Source: Lachnospiraceae bacterium (lineage in GTDB: Bacteria; Bacillota; Clostridia; Lachnospirales; Lachnospiraceae). Taken from it: a stretch of DNA of 64,000 bases. A model generated the notes under the pieces. It saw only the letters and a list, made by a program, of their open reading frames with translations. It did not search any database and was not told the origin of the DNA. Where the stretch lies: the NCBI GenBank assembly GCA_022764445.1, contig JALERT010000107.1, positions 5,154 through 69,153 of the forward strand. Direction: 5' to 3'. Positions within the stretch are counted from its first letter, which is position 1. Every line of letters begins with the position of its first letter. Shown here one piece after another: positions 59,787-64,000 of this stretch. The position numbers were made by a program, and so were the translations under genes.

Positions 59787-61076
59787 TTAACAATAATAAT
59801 TAAAGAGCATTCCGCTGTATAATGATGTAATGTATGAGAAGCCCTCTGGGGCTTTTTTATAATTAGGGTAGGTGACAGTAACCTTATCGACATAATCCAT
59901 AGGATTAAGCTTAACCTCATCTGTCTTTTTAAGCATACGGCCTGCAAACTCTGCACCCGGTCCGAAAAGTTTTTGCATATCACCATCATTGACAGCCTGT
60001 GTGGCAAGCGAATCATCCATCCTCATCCTGCCTGATTCGTCAAAGCTTATGCCACATGACTCAAGCTCTGTGACAAATGGTTTCATCACATATTTCATTT
60101 CAGCAAGAAGCTTAAGATGCTGACTCGTTGTCTTGCTGTATGTCTCCGTACTCTCTACCATATAATTGTATGCACTCATTATATCCTGAATACCCGAAAG
60201 TATTTTTTCACTGTCAGGCTTATACGCAATACTGACATCATCAGACACCTGATTAAGAGAAACCTTAAGTGACTTGCTTATGGTAAATTCATTGGATAAT
60301 GTATGCTTCTCCATTCCGTCCATATAAAACTCCGAACTCTCAGGCATCTTTGCAACATTATTTAGTCCAAGATATTCAACCATACCTGTCTTTATCTGGT
60401 TATTATCACCGGCACGATCCTCGATATAAAATATCCTCTCGCCGGCAGAGGAACCAGTCATATCTGATTGGATTCTCATAAATCCATGTCTGTCTGAGCC
60501 CTCGGCATATTCCATGGAAGCCGTTAAACCAATCTTTGCCTTATTGATAAATGATGACAATCCCTCTATAACTTCACCATTGGTGGCATTTGGTTTGACA
60601 TTGTATTGGAAATCATATATATCATCTGCTACACTTATACGGAACTTATACGTACCTGCTTCAAGCCCCCTGCTGTCCGGATAAAGAGGATTGCCTTCAT
60701 TGATCTGAGGCTTTGCAAGCTTATTTACTTTTATATTAAACTCATCAGGTAACTTTTCATAATCATCGCCAATAATCTCTGCTTCTACACTTTCAGGCAT
60801 TGAAGAATATGCTTTTTTCTTTGAAAAAATACCATCCTGACTATCATCAGACAATGCCTCAAATCCTTTATGAAGGAGCATTGATGATTCCTTAACTCCA
60901 AGAGCATATGTCTGCTTCGCATCTGTCAGATTAACAAGATAGACAGGAGATGAACTTGCAATCTTCGCTATCTTATTGACTATAGTCCGAAGTTCGGATG
61001 ACTTATGAGTATCGTACTTATTAAGCGTCTTTGGTGTATATGTGGTTAAAAGATTATTATATATACCGGCATCCAT
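59787..61076 (-). CDS. FliD-like (flagellar cap family) protein
   Basis: F.I.V.KLAKPQ.N.G, I....SAYN, LESCGI.FDE.G.M..D resemble FliD N- and C-terminal motifs; start MDAGIY after GGAGGAG. Confidence 0.6.
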   Translation of the reverse strand: MDAGIYNNLLTTYTPKTLNKYDTHKSSELRTIVNKIAKIASSSPVYLVNLTDAKQTYALGVKESSMLLHKGFEALSDDSQDGIFSKKKAYSSMPESVEAEIIGDDYEKLPDEFNIKVNKLAKPQINEGNPLYPDSRGLEAGTYKFRISVADDIYDFQYNVKPNATNGEVIEGLSSFINKAKIGLTASMEYAEGSDRHGFMRIQSDMTGSSAGERIFYIEDRAGDNNQIKTGMVEYLGLNNVAKMPESSEFYMDGMEKHTLSNEFTISKSLKVSLNQVSDDVSIAYKPDSEKILSGIQDIMSAYNYMVESTETYSKTTSQHLKLLAEMKYVMKPFVTELESCGISFDESGRMRMDDSLATQAVNDGDMQKLFGPGAEFAGRMLKKTDEVKLNPMDYVDKVTVTYPNYKKAPEGFSYITSLYSGMLFNYYC

Positions 61077-61293
61077 GCCAAAATCATCTCCTCCCTGATT
61101 AATCAAAAACATCCATAAACAATATAAGCATCTCATTAACAATTGGGGCAATGAGAGTGTATAATTACTACTATAATACTACAAAAGTATCTATTTTGTC
61201 GAGAAAAAAATTGCTAAAGATATATAAATGTGATACAATCGTTACAGTTCACACTATATCAGTTAAATTGTTTTAGAAAAGAAAGGAAATTTC

Positions 61294-61692
61294 ATGAACG
61301 AAAAAAATAAAAAATTTATATTTGAATCAGATGATGATGAAATGGTTGCCGTAGTTACTCTTACTGATACTGAAGGCAACGAATTTGATGCTGAAATTAT
61401 AGCAGCTCTTGAAATAGAAGAAATGGGAAGGGAATTCATCGCTGTCGTACCTGAGGAGGGTGCTCCTGACTTTGAAGAAAATGAGGCAATGGTTCTTGAA
61501 TACTTTGAAGATGAAGACGGCGAGCCTCAATTTGCGGCCATAGAAGATGAGGAACTTTTTGAAACAGTAACTGAGGCATTTGACAAGTTCTTTAATGAAG
61601 CTGATTATGAGTTAGAAGATAACAATTCTTCTCTCGGATATCTCGGTGATATAGGAAACATCATCCCAGGAGTATCTATTAAGGAAGATTAA
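61294..61692 (+). CDS. DUF1292-like acidic protein
   Basis: VTLTD.EG.E, I...E....EFIA..P, IEDEELFE.V..AF. Confidence 0.7.
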   Translation: MNEKNKKFIFESDDDEMVAVVTLTDTEGNEFDAEIIAALEIEEMGREFIAVVPEEGAPDFEENEAMVLEYFEDEDGEPQFAAIEDEELFETVTEAFDKFFNEADYELEDNNSSLGYLGDIGNIIPGVSIKED

Positions 61693-61887
61693 ACGTAATA
61701 TTTAAATAGTGTTAATTATCATTAATACTTAAAATTCATTACACATGATATCTAAATATAGATAGGAACAAAGAGGAGCAGTTTCCTCCTTTATGAAGGA
61801 CCTGCTCCTATTTGCATGCCTATGCATATAGTATAATTTTTACAGTAATATTTCTTACGCATCTTTACACATTCACATGAAATTTTA

Positions 61888-62382
61888 TCAGTCACCTGTT
61901 ACTTTGAATGATATTTCATAATTCTTTTCATTTTTAATCAGCTGTAACACTACTATACTATCTTTATATGATGTAGTGTAAAATTCAGACGCTTCGTTAT
62001 TACTCTCTTCGCCTTCTCCGTATGTAGCCTTGAGTGTAGCTGCCACATCCTTATAAACTTTTTTAGCATCATCAATATTGTCCTTTGTTGTAGCCCACTG
62101 ATAATACATAAGTTTAGAATCACTATAATAAAAATCCATATCGCCCATGTAGCCTGCATACTGACGGTTCTTGTACTTCTGATCCTGGATACCTGACTCT
62201 TCATTGGTAAAATCCTCATCAGGTTCTTTTCCATCCATAGACTCCTTAACATCATTCGCTGTGGCATTTTCAAAAGTAAACTCTACAGGATTTTGAGGCT
62301 CAACTTCTTTCTTCTTACCACATCCTGTCAGACATGATGCTATACAAAGTGCTACCATAAATTTTGTAATTATCTTTCTCAT
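61888..62382 (-). CDS. Putative lipoprotein
   Basis: MRKII...signal peptide with lipobox LTGC. Confidence 0.75.
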   Translation of the reverse strand: MRKIITKFMVALCIASCLTGCGKKKEVEPQNPVEFTFENATANDVKESMDGKEPDEDFTNEESGIQDQKYKNRQYAGYMGDMDFYYSDSKLMYYQWATTKDNIDDAKKVYKDVAATLKATYGEGEESNNEASEFYTTSYKDSIVVLQLIKNEKNYEISFKVTGD

Positions 62383-62581
62383 AAAATCTTCCTTCCTATC
62401 AAATTTATCAATACTGTTTTCATCTATGATGCCAAACAGCACCTTGCATTATATCAGCATTTTGTGATAAGTTCAATACAAAAGAAGATAATATGAACCG
62501 CTTTCCAAATGAATTATGAAGTTTGAGTTCAATCCATTTAAAATAGCGGTTTATATATAGAAATATTTATTTAATTTTATT

Positions 62582-63817
62582 TTACTTGAGCATTAATGTA
62601 ATACTGCGTTTTGCACGTTCCGGTAATGTGCGGTAAATGTTATTATCTTCGTCAAACCAGATCCCATCCGGCAGATTAGAAACATAATCGGAGGTTTTCA
62701 TCGGTGTAATGATAATTGTGAGACCGGTACATTCTTCAAATATCTCATACATAGAGTCTACATTGGATGCATCGAAGCTGCTTAAGTCTATGGCAGACAA
62801 TCCGCTGCACTTTGCAAACATACTTCCCATATTCGTTACACTTGCTGTATCTAATGGGCTTACGTCAAGGCTTTTTAATCCACTGCAGCCTGCGAACATA
62901 CTGCTCATATCCTCGACATTGGAAGTATTAAATCCGCTGAGATTTATGCTGGTAAGACTGCTGCAGTCTTCAAACATGGCACTCATGTTCTTTGTGTTTA
63001 TGGTGTTTAATGGACTTAAATTAATACTTGTAAGGCTGCTGCATCCTGAAAAAAGTCCACTCATATTTTCGACATTGTATGTATTAAATCTGCTAAGGTC
63101 TACTTCTTTAAGACTTGTACAGCCGGAAAACATTCGGCTTATATCTGTTACGAGCGTTGTGTCTAACTGTGTCAGGTCAACACTGCGGAGATTGTAGCAG
63201 CTGCTAAAAAGGTTATCGAGATGTGTGGCACCTGTTACCTCTATCCTTGCAAATTTAATGTCAGAAAAATATCCGAGCCATTCTGGACGGCGAAATTCTG
63301 CTGTATGGCTGAACATATCACCAAACCCCTTAACTACAAGAAGACCTTCTTCATCCAATGTCCATGAAGTTTTTTCAAATGTACCACTGTGAACAATCGC
63401 TGCCGGCTTATCTGCAGGCTCTGTAGTTTGTGTCGGATCGATTGTTGGTGTTGGTTTAAACTCTGACTTTACCTTAACCGTACATGTTGCTTTAGCTTTT
63501 TTATTAGTCTTACTGACAGCCGTAATCTTAGCTGTTCCAGCACTCTTGGCAGTAACCTTGCCCTTAGAAGTCACTATGGCAACTTTTTTATTGGAGCTGC
63601 TCCATGTAACTGCTTTAGATGCATTTGACGGCTTAACACTTTTAACCTTAAGTGTAAATGTTTTACCTGCGTAAAGTGTCTTAGATGTTGCACTAAGTTT
63701 AATAGAAGTCGCCTTCTTGCCTGCTGCATCTGAACTTACGGGCTGAATTGCAATGCTTCCTATAATAAGTGAAAGTGTCATCAGAAATGACACAAGCTTT
63801 TTTCCTGATTTTTTCAT
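62582..63817 (-). CDS. Surface protein with a Big_2 Ig domain and BspA/DUF285-type leucine-rich repeats
   Basis: Signal peptide, V.WSSSNKKVA.V...GKV, Pro/Thr linker, about 7 repeats of 26 aa (MF..CSSL.S.DLS.FNT.NV..M). Confidence 0.88.
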   Translation of the reverse strand: MKKSGKKLVSFLMTLSLIIGSIAIQPVSSDAAGKKATSIKLSATSKTLYAGKTFTLKVKSVKPSNASKAVTWSSSNKKVAIVTSKGKVTAKSAGTAKITAVSKTNKKAKATCTVKVKSEFKPTPTIDPTQTTEPADKPAAIVHSGTFEKTSWTLDEEGLLVVKGFGDMFSHTAEFRRPEWLGYFSDIKFARIEVTGATHLDNLFSSCYNLRSVDLTQLDTTLVTDISRMFSGCTSLKEVDLSRFNTYNVENMSGLFSGCSSLTSINLSPLNTINTKNMSAMFEDCSSLTSINLSGFNTSNVEDMSSMFAGCSGLKSLDVSPLDTASVTNMGSMFAKCSGLSAIDLSSFDASNVDSMYEIFEECTGLTIIITPMKTSDYVSNLPDGIWFDEDNNIYRTLPERAKRSITLMLK

Positions 63818-63945
63818 TTCATCCTCCTTAATCAAATAGCATGTCTCTCGAAGAGAGAACATAATGGTAGATATAGAGTACATAAGATACTGCTATATTA
63901 TTAAATATGTATATTTAACCCGGCGGTATATAAACGGGTATACCA

Positions 63946-63976
63946 AAAGATGCATCGGATTTCTCCGACGCATCCT
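63946..63976 (-). terminator. Probable terminator of a gene beyond the right edge
   Basis: GATGCATCGGA...TCCGACGCATC hairpin with flanking A/T tract. Confidence 0.45.
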
Positions 63977-64000
63977 TGGGTTGTAAATCAACAAAATAAC

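Noticed and set aside
62582..63400. Diversity-generating retroelement target
   Set aside because: Repeats are in-frame LRR units; no reverse transcriptase or TR/VR pair visible.

Overview
AT-rich, spore-forming Firmicute chromosome; gene content and order suggest a Lachnospiraceae-like clostridium (inference). The left ~8 kb is an accessory defence island next to the 3' end of rlmD: HTH - UvrD/Fe-S PD-(D/E)xK helicase-nuclease - standalone PD-(D/E)xK-like protein - type III mod - res, running off the window. The rest is mostly core genome: yhaM, sigK, SRP RNA, tadA, icd, ispF, tRNA-Met/Val, ftsH-hpt-tilS-spoIIE-divIC-yabQPO-hup-spoVT, rplA-rplK-nusG-secE-rpmG. Best candidates for little-described biology: (1) a BirA-operator-controlled divergon, bioY <-> bioB-hotdog hydratase-atypical thiolase-acyl-CoA ligase, without bioF/A/D; (2) the extended type III R-M operon; (3) a soluble [FeFe]-hydrogenase-MCP fusion; (4) a kinase / degenerate REC-HD-GYP / P5-less CheA operon; (5) two families of dispersed miniature inverted-repeat elements; (6) a candidate C-rich sRNA. 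All calls are from reading motifs by eye; no database searches were run. Several starts are moved from the ORF track to RBS-supported codons.
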